A DNA stretch of 62,400 nucleotides from the NCBI GenBank assembly GCA_032718475.1, contig JAUCBJ010003718.1:1-62400 (forward strand), given 5' to 3'. Below are positions 24,301 to 34,764 of the stretch, one piece after another. The translations under genes were made by a program, and so were the position numbers. A model generated the notes under the pieces. The model had not been told where the DNA came from and made no database searches. It saw only the letters and a list, made by a program, of their open reading frames with translations. Every line of letters starts with the position of its first letter. Positions within the stretch are counted from its first letter, which is position 1. Source of the stretch: Nemertoderma westbladi. Its lineage: Eukaryota > Animalia > Xenacoelomorpha.

Positions 24301-27300
24301 GTGAAATCTCATTTTCAAGAATACAATTGTTTTAATTGTCGAGTGAAATCACGTGAAGAAATTTGCAAACGACATGAATCAACTACGGGTTGTAAAGAAA
24401 TGAAGTTTTGCGTGTATGAAAAAAGTTGCCCTACTTGTAATAAAGAGTATTTATATGATAATTATTTACGTCACGACTGTCACCAACGTTATTATCATGT
24501 TAGACCACAACGGAACCAAAACAATACTGTCGCATCTAGAAAAAGACTGAAATCTGGTCAAGGTCCATCAATTTTTAGCCTCGAACAAGCCGCACACGAT
24601 AACCGTTTAGAAATCTATGTTTACAATCTTCCAAATGATGAAGATTTTCCTGATATTCATTCATCGATAGTTCATATTCTACCTCACATCAAAAACTTAT
24701 TATTAGGAAAACTTAGCGAAATGAATGTACTTAGACCCTGGCTAGGTGTGAATATACTCATGTATCGATCACATTTTTCAGAGGGAGACCAAGAAGAAAC
24801 TTTCTATTTTAGTTCTTCAGGTGGTGCAGTTAATACCGTAGATTCACATGAAAGTTTTGACACATGGTTTGAGTATGTACTAGAAAAATTAATGCAAAAA
24901 ATAGCCATATTTAACACTCGTGGCTCAGGATGGCGTGTTAAATCTTTATTAAGAGTGGAAATTAAAGTAGCTGAATCCAAGTGTAGGTCACTGGAATATA
25001 AAGGTCACGGTTATATGGAGTTACCTAAGGCTCTATCAGTTAAAAAATGTGTTATAAATATACAAACGGTTGATAATGACTGTTTCAAATGGGCAATTAT
25101 AGCCACAAAATTTAGTAGCAAAGTGAAAGATAACAAAAACCGTACTTCGCAGTACAAAAATTATATGAGTCATTTTATTTTTGACAACGGGAACAAAGAT
25201 TATCCATCAGAATGGCCGCTTGCAATTAAACTTTTTGAAAAACAGAATTCAGCATATATAATTAATTTATTACTCTACGACAACAATCGAGTATCTATAT
25301 TAAGACAGGCTCCATTTAGTAAAATCACTCCAGATAAAGAGTTATTGAATATATTACTTGTAAAAAATAAGAATAAATCAAAACAATCACATTATGTTTG
25401 CATAACTAACTTAAATCATTTGTTGAATACAAGAGGTAAGCATATTGGATGTAGGAAATTTTGTGAACGGTGTTTGTCGCATTTCTACAGCAAGGATGTT
25501 CTAGAACATCACCGTCTTGCTTGTTATCGAGGAAAAAGTCAAGTTGAGAAGCTACCGTCTGAAAAAAGAACTCACATTAGCTTTAGAAATTTAGACAGAA
25601 CATTACCAGCATTGTTTGTAATATATTTTGATATAGAATCTATTTTGGAGCCATCCAGCAACAGTAAATTTATTCAGAATCATATTCCATGCGCTGTAAG
25701 TTATTTAATTGTTCCTAGTAGTGAATTAATCAATCCACCAAAATTTTATTTGAAGACCTTTACAAAAACAATCGACAACAACTGTATTCAAGACTTTTTA
25801 GACTCTGTATATAATGACATCACCCAATTATATAAGTGGTTAGAAACCCACACCAGACAAAAGATAATACTTAATGATGTAGATAAGTTAAGTTTTTGGA
25901 AAGCTAAAACTTGCTTTTATTGCAATGTTTTATTTAAGGATAAATCTGAGAAAAACAAACATCACTCACATATTACTGGTAACTATATAGCAGCCGCTTG
26001 TAACGCGTGTAACCGCTCTTTATCATTGAAACGACACATGTATATACTTGCTGCACACAACTGCAATCTCTACGATTTGCATTTTCTTTTACAAGTTGGT
26101 TTTACCAACAATAAATATTCCGATTGGGATATAAAGGTGATCCCTAAAAATTCTGAAAGGTATATTTCACTAAGCATGCATATACCAGTGAAAGATGAAA
26201 AAACTAAGATTGAGCTACGTGTCTTAGACACATATCAATTTTTATCCTTTTCCCTAAGTACTTTAGTTGATTGTTCAACAAAGGATATAGACAGCGAGGA
26301 TATAACATCAGTTCTACCAATTACTGAACAGCAAATGAAATATTTTTATCCAAATTTAAATAATGCAACAATTAAACGAAAAGGTATATTCCCCTATGAG
26401 TATCTGACAGATTTAAATAAATTCAATGTTTCGAAATTACCATCAATAGACAAATTTTATAGTAAATTAACACAAAATACCTGTACACCCGAGGAATATA
26501 GTTTTGCCAACGCATCATGGAGTCAGTTTGACTGTGTGAATCTCAAGGATTATCTTTTAGCATACTTAAAACTCGATGTTTGTCTCCTTGCTGATATATT
26601 TGAGAACTTTAGGAGAGTGTATAGACAAAACTACGAATTAGAAGTAGTTTATTATTGCAGTATCGCAGCTTTCACTTATGATTGCGCCCTGAAATACAAT
26701 AAATGTAAGTTAGCATTAATAAAAGATTACCAAACATATAGAGATTTTGAAGCATCTATTAGAGGTGGGGTTTCATTCTGTCGAAAGCATTACATAGAAT
26801 CAAATATACCAGATACTGATAATTATGATCCAAGCAAGGAAGAGTGTCATATTTTCAATATAGATTTTAATTCTTTGTATTCTGGTAATTTAAGTAAAAA
26901 GCTACCTGTTTCAGGTTTTGAACAAGTCAACGTTACATATTTAGAGAATGCTGCTCCAGAAGAACTAATAAAATATTTAACAAATCTTGATACTGAAGGG
27001 GATATTGGGTTTTTCTTAATTTGCGATTTGAAATATCCCAAAGATATTCATGATCGTACATTAGAACTACCCTTAGCCCCAGAACATTTAAGTATAAATG
27101 AGACAATCCTTTCACCATATATGAGGGAACAATATAATCATGTTTGTAAACAAAGAGGTACTAATAGCAATTATAAGATGTGTGCTCCAAAACTTATGTT
27201 GACACAATTCGATAAAGAATTCTATCATGTAAATTTAAAACTGTTAAAATTTTATATAAAACAAGGTTTAATTGTTACTAAGCTCCATAAATTGTATTCT

Positions 27301-28245
27301 TTCCATCAAGACTTTGTATTTAAACCCTATATAGATTTTAATATTAATCAAAGGCGAATAGCAAAAACGTATATTGAAACAGCTGTTGCGAAGCTTCTGA
27401 ATAATTCGTTATTTGGAAAAACGATAGAGAAGATACGGGACCGATGCAACTTTCGTATCGCTAACAGCAAAGAAAAATGTGATTTGTTGGTGAAACGTAT
27501 AAATCACGAAAATTTCATGATTTATAATGATTCCTTATCGGGTCACTTATTAGTGAAAGACTCTGTAACACTAGATAAGCCGGTCTATGTAGGTAGTACT
27601 GTCTTGGACTTGGCTAAATTGGATATGTATGAGCTGTATTACAATAAATTACTACCTATTGAGAAAGAATTAAACTGTCGAATTGAAATTGTAGCATCAG
27701 ATACGGACTCTTTAATAGGTTGTTACTATAATACATCGCAGAGTAATTTCTTAAAAGCCCTAATTAAAAATAATATTCTAGATACATCCAATTACCCCAA
27801 GGATCACCCTCTCTACAGCGATAAAAATAAATCCAGACTCTATTACTGTAAAGATGAACTAGCCTCACGTGAAATTAAACAAGCGGTATTTTTAAGACCA
27901 AAATTATATTCAATTTTGGAATTCAATGAAACGAATATACGACGGGCAAAAGGAATAACAAGAGCTGTTGTGGATAAAAATATTTGCCACGAAGATTATT
28001 TAAGAGCATATAAGGATAACTTAGAAATTTCCAAGGAAACGCATCAATTTCAGAGCCAATTACACAAAGTGTACACTGTAGCACGAGATAAGTCTGCTCT
28101 CAGCACATTTGATGATAAACTTTATTGGGTTAATAAAAATCATTCACTTCCCTGGGGTCACTATCAAACAAAGGTTGAAAAACCGATAAAGAAAAACAAT
28201 ATACCTATTTATCGGGAACCAAACAATGAACTATCAGATAGTTAA
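24301..28245 (+). CDS. Protein-primed family B DNA polymerase (pPolB) with Zn fingers and an endonuclease VII/HNH-like insert; likely original start ATG 24238 is cut off by in-frame TAA 24280-24282
   Basis: GSGW, INIQTVDNDCFKW, Exo motifs YFDIES, HNCNLYD, YLKLDV; KGIFPYEY; IRGG; polymerase motifs DFNSLY, KLLNNSLFGK, SDTDS; insert CFYC..KHHSHITGNYIAAACNACN. Confidence 0.96.
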   Translation: MKSHFQEYNCFNCRVKSREEICKRHESTTGCKEMKFCVYEKSCPTCNKEYLYDNYLRHDCHQRYYHVRPQRNQNNTVASRKRLKSGQGPSIFSLEQAAHDNRLEIYVYNLPNDEDFPDIHSSIVHILPHIKNLLLGKLSEMNVLRPWLGVNILMYRSHFSEGDQEETFYFSSSGGAVNTVDSHESFDTWFEYVLEKLMQKIAIFNTRGSGWRVKSLLRVEIKVAESKCRSLEYKGHGYMELPKALSVKKCVINIQTVDNDCFKWAIIATKFSSKVKDNKNRTSQYKNYMSHFIFDNGNKDYPSEWPLAIKLFEKQNSAYIINLLLYDNNRVSILRQAPFSKITPDKELLNILLVKNKNKSKQSHYVCITNLNHLLNTRGKHIGCRKFCERCLSHFYSKDVLEHHRLACYRGKSQVEKLPSEKRTHISFRNLDRTLPALFVIYFDIESILEPSSNSKFIQNHIPCAVSYLIVPSSELINPPKFYLKTFTKTIDNNCIQDFLDSVYNDITQLYKWLETHTRQKIILNDVDKLSFWKAKTCFYCNVLFKDKSEKNKHHSHITGNYIAAACNACNRSLSLKRHMYILAAHNCNLYDLHFLLQVGFTNNKYSDWDIKVIPKNSERYISLSMHIPVKDEKTKIELRVLDTYQFLSFSLSTLVDCSTKDIDSEDITSVLPITEQQMKYFYPNLNNATIKRKGIFPYEYLTDLNKFNVSKLPSIDKFYSKLTQNTCTPEEYSFANASWSQFDCVNLKDYLLAYLKLDVCLLADIFENFRRVYRQNYELEVVYYCSIAAFTYDCALKYNKCKLALIKDYQTYRDFEASIRGGVSFCRKHYIESNIPDTDNYDPSKEECHIFNIDFNSLYSGNLSKKLPVSGFEQVNVTYLENAAPEELIKYLTNLDTEGDIGFFLICDLKYPKDIHDRTLELPLAPEHLSINETILSPYMREQYNHVCKQRGTNSNYKMCAPKLMLTQFDKEFYHVNLKLLKFYIKQGLIVTKLHKLYSFHQDFVFKPYIDFNINQRRIAKTYIETAVAKLLNNSLFGKTIEKIRDRCNFRIANSKEKCDLLVKRINHENFMIYNDSLSGHLLVKDSVTLDKPVYVGSTVLDLAKLDMYELYYNKLLPIEKELNCRIEIVASDTDSLIGCYYNTSQSNFLKALIKNNILDTSNYPKDHPLYSDKNKSRLYYCKDELASREIKQAVFLRPKLYSILEFNETNIRRAKGITRAVVDKNICHEDYLRAYKDNLEISKETHQFQSQLHKVYTVARDKSALSTFDDKLYWVNKNHSLPWGHYQTKVEKPIKKNNIPIYREPNNELSDS

Positions 28246-28780
28246 TAAGAATGTAAGTTGCCAGCAAGTATCAGCGATTAATTTTAAAGAATTAAAAAAT
28301 CAATTATCTGGTAAACACATACTCAAACCAAATCAGTTTATATATAAGATATTTGGTGCCACATTATTAATATTTAAAAATGGTCGTATTACATTATTAG
28401 GCAGTAAGTATAATTTCCAAAAAGTAAAAAAGCATATATTTGATAAAACTAGTATTAATTTGATTTTAAAATCTGTTAATTTATGTACTTATATTTTTAG
28501 TATTAAGTCTGTAGTCTATAGGTTATTGATAAACAATACCGGGTTTTATGTTGTCTTTGATAATGTGCAACTTCAAGTTATATATGAACCTGAAATTTTT
28601 AATAATTGCAAAATAAGAATAAATAATACCGTAGTCATTTGCTGCTTTCATACCGGTAAATGTACTTTAATGTGTTCACCTAGCAAATTTCACATTTATT
28701 ACCCTATATTTAGTAAACTTGTTAATTATTTATTAATGTTTGGTGTTGTGACTTTAGGTGTAGAATATATTGGTGATTAG
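28226..28780 (+). CDS. TATA-binding protein (TBP)-like protein, Polinton-encoded
   Basis: 184 aa, the size of the TBP core, with two-repeat signatures: QIVN..; ATLLIFKNGRITLLGSK (TBP: TALIFSSGKMVCTGAK); YEPEIF..VICCFHTGKCTL (TBP: YEPELF..LLIFVSGKVVL). Confidence 0.78.
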   Translation: MNYQIVNKNVSCQQVSAINFKELKNQLSGKHILKPNQFIYKIFGATLLIFKNGRITLLGSKYNFQKVKKHIFDKTSINLILKSVNLCTYIFSIKSVVYRLLINNTGFYVVFDNVQLQVIYEPEIFNNCKIRINNTVVICCFHTGKCTLMCSPSKFHIYYPIFSKLVNYLLMFGVVTLGVEYIGD

Positions 28781-28859
28781 AAGGTGAAAATTAAACATTA
28801 TTATTTTTTCAATCAATCTATCGGTAGTTAGGGAAAACTAACCTCGTTTGAATAAGTAT

Positions 28860-29780
28860 GACTCTCTCAGGCTGACTGCGTGCCTAGCTGCGTGGCTGGC
28901 TGGCTGCGAGGCTGACTGCGTGCCGCGAGGCTGACTGCGTGCCGCGAGGCTGACTGCGTGACTAGCTGCAAGGTTGGCTGGGCAGCTGCGAGGTGGACCA
29001 CATCCCAGCAACATGGCTGACTGCGTACACATCCGATTGTAACTGGCTCACGATATTGTATACAATGGTTTAGTTTGTTACTGCGGGTACTGTTACATTA
29101 ATACTATAGTAGCGGTACTGCGGTACAATGCTAATTAAAGGAAATCAGCATGCTGTATCTGACTATACTGTTACAACAACAACGACAGTACTGCAGTACT
29201 GTATTGTTTGGGTAGGGGATCTAATCCCTATATGTGAGAGCCACGCGTACCTTCTAGGTTATGACAGCAGTATGCTAATCAAGGTTCGGGTAGACAGCAG
29301 TATCCTTATAGGTGAAAAAAAACAAATGCTATTGCATCAGATTACTGCTGTACTGATAAAGTGGATGACAGTTGTGGATAGGAGCTGTGAGGTTGACCGC
29401 ATCCCCGCAGTGTGGCTGACTGCGTACACATCTGATTGTAACTGGCTCACGATATTGTATACATTGGCTTAGTTTGTTACTGCAGGTACTGTTACATTAA
29501 TACTGTAGTACTGGTACTGCAGTACAATGCTAATCAAAGGAAATCAGTATGCTGTATCTGACTATGCTGTTACAACAACAACGACAGTACTGCAGTACTG
29601 TATTGTTTGGGTAGGTGATCTAATCCCTGTATGTGAGACCCCTGTGTGTAATCCGGATCATGACAGCAGTATGCTATTGCTTCAGATTACTGCTGTACTG
29701 ATACCAGTAGACTGTGACTACAGTGTTGGAAGAGTAAAACACTACCGGTACTGATAAAGCGGATGACAGTTGTGGTTAGG
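28860..29780. repeat. Polinton internal repeat zone: short GGCTGACTGCGTG units, then an imperfect ~399-bp tandem duplication
   Basis: TGGCTGACTGCGTACACATC.. starts at 29014 and again at 29413. Confidence 0.85.
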
Positions 29781-30146
29781 CCTATAATAAATTATTGAAT
29801 TTATCAGTACCGGCACCAACAGGTTAACACTACATCCTATACAGTTTATGTTGCATTTCTGACTAATATTACTAGTCAACTACTGTATGTGTTATTAGTT
29901 TGCGATGTATAGGATGTTTCGCAATACCAGTACATCTATATTAGAATGATATCGAGAATACTTACTGTACATGTTACGTCTACGTCATATTGTTAAATGT
30001 GTATGGTTAACCTAGCGCAATTGACTCTCCTTTAGAGAACTTGTTGTAAAAAAAATTATATTTTATTATATTTTTATATTAACATCAAGATCATCACCAA
30101 AATAAAATTATATTATATCCCATCACATTACAAGCTTACAGTAAAC

Positions 30147-30743
30147 CTACAGTACATCTTCCACCGTAGTTATTTCTTTCTGTTTATCATCATCAGTCGC
30201 AGTTAAACGCTTTCTCATGAAAAAGTGTAGCATCTCATACCCCCCAACACGTTTTGCTGAGCAGTATCGCAGACAGTTATCCCTTATGTTTAAGTGGAAC
30301 GCACATTTATTTTCTACTGTAGTAAATTGATCGTGGAAGCGACAGGGGGTTAAATAATCATGATATTGCTTATATATTCCCAATTTCTCCACCGAATTTG
30401 GCGCGAGAACATCGAGTTGGGAAACTAATATTGACCGTTTCAGCAACCCAAATACATGTATATTTTTTTTATATTTTAAATGTCTCTTCATATATTTTTT
30501 AAAGTCATCTTGCGAAATGTCACCATAGTCCCAGGGCAAATGAGAAGTCATGTCTCGTAAATTGTTTACGTGAGCTACATCTAAAGCTGATAACTTAATA
30601 TTAGGCGGGCCTTTAATTAAAAACGTCTTTACATTAGTTTTGGTGTAATTAGAATCGAATATAGCAAATTCTTTAAATACTACTGGATACTCTTTATTGT
30701 CTATCTTATAATATTGAAAATCAACAAAAATAATATTATCCAT
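30147..30743 (-). CDS. Maverick-associated DEDD/DnaQ-like nuclease-fold protein
   Basis: IIFVDFQ..VFKEFAI..PP..HLPWDYG..VFG..C-x2-H..CA pattern typical of this Polinton accessory family. Confidence 0.6.
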   Translation of the reverse strand: MDNIIFVDFQYYKIDNKEYPVVFKEFAIFDSNYTKTNVKTFLIKGPPNIKLSALDVAHVNNLRDMTSHLPWDYGDISQDDFKKYMKRHLKYKKNIHVFGLLKRSILVSQLDVLAPNSVEKLGIYKQYHDYLTPCRFHDQFTTVENKCAFHLNIRDNCLRYCSAKRVGGYEMLHFFMRKRLTATDDDKQKEITTVEDVL

Positions 30744-30774
30744 TTTATCTGATAAACAAAAGTTAAATGATTAA

Positions 30775-31227
30775 TTACAACGCTTGTTGGTTTATTTTAT
30801 AATAATTAACAAGCCATTTATATAATATTATTTCATTTATTTCCACATTATTTGTAAACGCACTCATTGGATAGTTTGTGTGAATTCGATTTACCAAGTA
30901 ATAAAGACAGTATAGACCGCATGTGGTCCTCCTTGGGTCTTGAAATTGTTTGCGAGTAGTACGCCATCTTGCGGAATTTTTCTCAAGCCATTTTTCGATG
31001 CATCTGTTTGGATATTTTGATCCGAATGAATCAAATAATTCAGCCTCATTATCTCGTATATATATTGCGATCCAATGAATCCCAGGCAGATACTCTTTAT
31101 CGGTATTTACTATTAACCCATAATCTCTTCGCTTATTATTATCTAATTTAGGTAATTTATTAGCTGGAAACGCTCCCAAATAATGACCACCCACTGGAAA
31201 CATATCAAGGTCCTCTGTAGATAACAT
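30775..31227 (-). CDS. Adenain-like (C5) maturation cysteine protease
   Basis: IVNTD..PGIHWIAIY, FDSFG, QFQ..TTCGLYCLYYL (His-Asp-Gln-Cys). Confidence 0.95.
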   Translation of the reverse strand: MLSTEDLDMFPVGGHYLGAFPANKLPKLDNNKRRDYGLIVNTDKEYLPGIHWIAIYIRDNEAELFDSFGSKYPNRCIEKWLEKNSARWRTTRKQFQDPRRTTCGLYCLYYLVNRIHTNYPMSAFTNNVEINEIILYKWLVNYYKINQQAL

Positions 31228-31229
31228 AC

Positions 31230-32489
31230 TTAATCGATATGTATTTCTTTCCTGCTATTTAAACTTAATGATTGATCATAAATATTAAAAACGATTACAT
31301 TTATGGTTTCAACCAACGGTTCGGCAAATCTTAATTTTAATTGGCCGTTAGTATATATCGACGGTTGCGGATCTCTAACATAGCCGTCGGCGGTTAAGTC
31401 CCAGGATAGGATGGGGCAATTACCTAAGTAGGTTTCATGGTCTATATTATTACCTCCATAACCGTTAATATATGTATTAATGTTCTTCATTAATTGAGTA
31501 TACTCAAAAATATATGTTCCATCTGTAAAATTAGGCTCGTATATTACACCACCTACTGGAAGACCGTCTACAATCAGTTCCGCGCGTCTAAGGTTAAAAT
31601 GTTCAAATTTCAAGGGATTGCTAATTAATTCTCCCGAATAAGCGTTATTTGTTATGAAGCCGATAATAACTAATTTGGGTTTTTTACCATCAAATATGCT
31701 TGTTTGGGTATAATTTGTGGTTTGAGCGGGAATAGTAAATGTTGTAACCTCCTTTTTTTGAAATTGATATTCAATATCGTAACTCTCTAAACCTTTTAGG
31801 TGACTGCTTTCTATTACCGGATTAACCTCCATTCTAGGGATTAGGATCTTTATTTCATCTAATTCTAGCCGAAGATTTGTCACCGCGTTTGCGTTTGGAG
31901 TGATTTTAAAAATAAACGAATTTGATACTTTTCTAAAATGCATTCTTAAATCATACCCGGGTTGTATTATTTTGCTTTCAGTATCAAAATCAATCGTCAA
32001 TCCACTTACAAATTGCATTTGTTTACTAAAGGCATCGCCAATAGGATGCGCGCCAGGGTCAATTTCATTTCCGTGTTCGGATAAAGGCTGATGAAAGCCA
32101 CCTGCACCCAGTAGCCCATTTTTATCCTCGTAAGTTGTAAATAATAAATTGGATAAGTACGACTTGTAGAAATAATGGTTATTGCTATTTTCAACCTGCT
32201 TCTCATTAAGGTCTATTTTAATATCACTCCACATAGTTTCAGCGGGGTAATTCAGCATATATATATGGGAGTTTTCAAGTCGTCTATCCCATCGTACAGT
32301 ACATTTTGTAATTAATAACGCATCTTGCAGTTTCGTATAGAATTCATTGGATCTCGGTACAAGGAACGTGACTTCCCTAGACTCACTTCTGAGATTAGAT
32401 ACGGGGTAAATTGTTTCATAATGCTTTGCTCTAAATTCAGTCTGTATTGGCTGTGTAGAAAATAAATCTAATTCCTTAATAATTGACAT
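31230..32489 (-). CDS. Major capsid protein (double jelly-roll, hexon-like, PY)
   Basis: N-terminal ELDLFSTQPIQT; PKLVIIGF..AYSG..NPLKFEHFNL; WDLT..GQLKLRFAEPL; 419 aa. Confidence 0.92.
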   Translation of the reverse strand: MSIIKELDLFSTQPIQTEFRAKHYETIYPVSNLRSESREVTFLVPRSNEFYTKLQDALLITKCTVRWDRRLENSHIYMLNYPAETMWSDIKIDLNEKQVENSNNHYFYKSYLSNLLFTTYEDKNGLLGAGGFHQPLSEHGNEIDPGAHPIGDAFSKQMQFVSGLTIDFDTESKIIQPGYDLRMHFRKVSNSFIFKITPNANAVTNLRLELDEIKILIPRMEVNPVIESSHLKGLESYDIEYQFQKKEVTTFTIPAQTTNYTQTSIFDGKKPKLVIIGFITNNAYSGELISNPLKFEHFNLRRAELIVDGLPVGGVIYEPNFTDGTYIFEYTQLMKNINTYINGYGGNNIDHETYLGNCPILSWDLTADGYVRDPQPSIYTNGQLKLRFAEPLVETINVIVFNIYDQSLSLNSRKEIHID

Positions 32490-32551
32490 TATTAAAAAAT
32501 ACTTTTTTCGCAGTGTTTCAGTTTGCCTTTTATTTTTCTCTTTTTACTACG

Positions 32552-33052
32552 TCAATGATGTATGTTCATAGACATTGGTCTAGCGGGTCGCTTTAAATCT
32601 CTATAAACTTTTTCTACAACTGACCTTGTTGACGGTTTCATTTTATTTAATGCTTTATTAATAACCGTATTAGCCTGCTGATGTAAGACCCGCTTACCTT
32701 TTGGTATTACGTGTTGTCTCATAAATTTTGTGGTAAATGGTAAAGCTTTTTGTAAAACTTTTTTAGCTAATGGCTTACCAAATTTTTTCAATGTCGATAA
32801 AGCGTCTGTAAATATACCTTCTCCGTGTTGATTTGCCCGCATACCTCTATGATAACGCTGAAAACGACGTTGTTTTAAGTTTGGACCAAATGCACCAATT
32901 TGTTGACCGTAAGGGTCAATATATGAACCACCTCGAAAAACAGGAACTTGCGTCGAGCCTCTCGTACTTCTACCACCTTTAAAAACAGCAAGATTAGAGT
33001 CTGAACCACCATATTGAGGTTTACTGTATCTTTGAAATAAATCAGAATCCAT
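32552..33052 (-). CDS. Basic core protein (pVII-like) with candidate adenain cleavage sites
   Basis: K/R-rich; QYGG and QHGEGIF motifs; lies between minor and major capsid genes. Confidence 0.7.
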   Translation of the reverse strand: MDSDLFQRYSKPQYGGSDSNLAVFKGGRSTRGSTQVPVFRGGSYIDPYGQQIGAFGPNLKQRRFQRYHRGMRANQHGEGIFTDALSTLKKFGKPLAKKVLQKALPFTTKFMRQHVIPKGKRVLHQQANTVINKALNKMKPSTRSVVEKVYRDLKRPARPMSMNIHH

Positions 33053-33053
33053 T

Positions 33054-33908
33054 TTAATTTATTCGTTTAAAGTGTAATGTAATAGATATTGTCCCGTATT
33101 CAAAATTCAAATCTTTTCCTTCTTTGTCTGTTATTTCAATATGAATGTATGTTATCTTATATGATTTTTTTACAGAGATATAATGAATTGTATCCTTGAC
33201 AAATTCTTTATTTATTACGCTACCATATTTCACGTCATCAGGTATCGCAACACGACGAAGTAAAGCTAAACCAAAGTCATTAATATATTGATTTTCAATT
33301 ATATTAGTAGTCACGTACATGTTCGACTTAGGTTCTGGAATAGAATTGGGTGGTTGAGGGCATAAAAATACCATCTGGTAAGCTTTTTCTCCATTTCCGA
33401 TAACCTTTATTAAATAACCCTTTATATTATTTTTCGTCTTCAAAATAATTTTAAAATTTGGATTTAAATTCGCACCGAGATTATTTTCAGTAATTCCAAA
33501 ATAATAGGCTAATTGTTGACCTATAAATAACTCTCGCACAGTTTTCCCTAAAATAAATTGCAACCTATTTTGCTGAGTATTTTCAACTATTTGTAATTTA
33601 TCTTTCAACGCCCCCGTGTTAAAATAATCTATAATGTCATTGATACTGTAGAACAAACCGGATGGAAGTGTATCCTCAAAATTTTTTTTCCCTTTTTTTA
33701 ATAAAATAACATTCTCTACATTTTTATACATGGACGGCAATGTTGCTAAGTAAAATATACTTTTTATATCTACCACCCAGTTTTCATTTGGGTTTATAGG
33801 TAAGGCACCATGGAAATTGATCTGATAATTACTAGCGCTATTGCGGGAAAAATCAACTGGACAGGAGTTACTTGGTAGTGTTACGTAGAATTCATCCATC
33901 GCTGCCAC
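33054..33908 (-). CDS. Minor capsid protein (penton-like, PX), paralogue A
   Basis: FYVTLPSNS..N.ASNY; MYVTTNII..LLRRV..HY..IHIEITDKEG..F..G.ISITLHFKR. Confidence 0.88.
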   Translation of the reverse strand: MAAMDEFYVTLPSNSCPVDFSRNSASNYQINFHGALPINPNENWVVDIKSIFYLATLPSMYKNVENVILLKKGKKNFEDTLPSGLFYSINDIIDYFNTGALKDKLQIVENTQQNRLQFILGKTVRELFIGQQLAYYFGITENNLGANLNPNFKIILKTKNNIKGYLIKVIGNGEKAYQMVFLCPQPPNSIPEPKSNMYVTTNIIENQYINDFGLALLRRVAIPDDVKYGSVINKEFVKDTIHYISVKKSYKITYIHIEITDKEGKDLNFEYGTISITLHFKRIN

Positions 33909-34764
33909 CCTGTATTAACTTAAGTGTTATAACAGTGCGACCTCCGCTAAAATTAATTAATTCGCCTTGTCCGTCACGTAAAGTAATTAAGATTGTTTTT
34001 AGTTTTTTATTCAACAATGGGTAATAGCAAATGCTCTCGTATTCGTGATTAATATATTTTCGATTTAATTGCGTTAAAGGGCAGGTTCTTAAGAGCGGAG
34101 CTAAAGCGTCACCAACAAATGAGCTCTTAATAATATCTGTATATATAAAGATAGTGTCTTTATTACGTGTTATATTCGTGGGAGCTGGAAAATCTAAAAT
34201 GCCAATTTCCGAAATTTTTGGTCCGCTATAATTTAAAATTAATATCGGCTGTTCTATATTGCTTAATTCATCTACTGTAGTGGTACTGTATATATCCCAA
34301 TTCGGAATATCCGGATGATTCTGATCCAATAACGGTTTTAAGCCTAGAATTTGTATTAAATCACCACGTAGACTTAATTGTATTTTTTTCAACTTTTTAG
34401 GAAATTTAAATTTAATTCTAGAATTATTTGTATTAAAAATGAATTCGAAATCTCTATATTTCGCTTCAGAATTAAACAGTTTATTTATATCATCAATAAT
34501 CACTTGAATAGAGCTATGCATACCAGGAAATAAACTATATAATTTGGCATCTTTTGCATCTACCCCGATTGACAGCGAGATTTGAGTTTGCAGTGTAATA
34601 TTACTGTATGTTGCTTGGTATTGTAGCTCGGCAAGCCCAATTTTAGCGTTTGGACCAATATATAATTCTTCGGCTAAATCAACAGTAAACTCACTAGGAT
34701 TATTATTGGGGTAAGTGTTTAATGAGCTATCTGAAAGTAGAGTAATATATGTATCTGTGGCCAT
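33892..34764 (-). CDS. Minor capsid protein (penton-like, PX), paralogue B
   Basis: YITLLSDSS..YPNNNPSEFTVDL..IGLAEL; FIYTDII..VGDALAPLLR..ITLRDGQGELINFSGG. Confidence 0.9.
   Translation of the reverse strand: MATDTYITLLSDSSLNTYPNNNPSEFTVDLAEELYIGPNAKIGLAELQYQATYSNITLQTQISLSIGVDAKDAKLYSLFPGMHSSIQVIIDDINKLFNSEAKYRDFEFIFNTNNSRIKFKFPKKLKKIQLSLRGDLIQILGLKPLLDQNHPDIPNWDIYSTTTVDELSNIEQPILILNYSGPKISEIGILDFPAPTNITRNKDTIFIYTDIIKSSFVGDALAPLLRTCPLTQLNRKYINHEYESICYYPLLNKKLKTILITLRDGQGELINFSGGRTVITLKLIQGGSDG

Noticed and set aside
29128-29754. Two similar ORFs starting MLIKGNQ
   Set aside because: Products of the 399-bp duplication; their ends diverge and no domain is recognisable.
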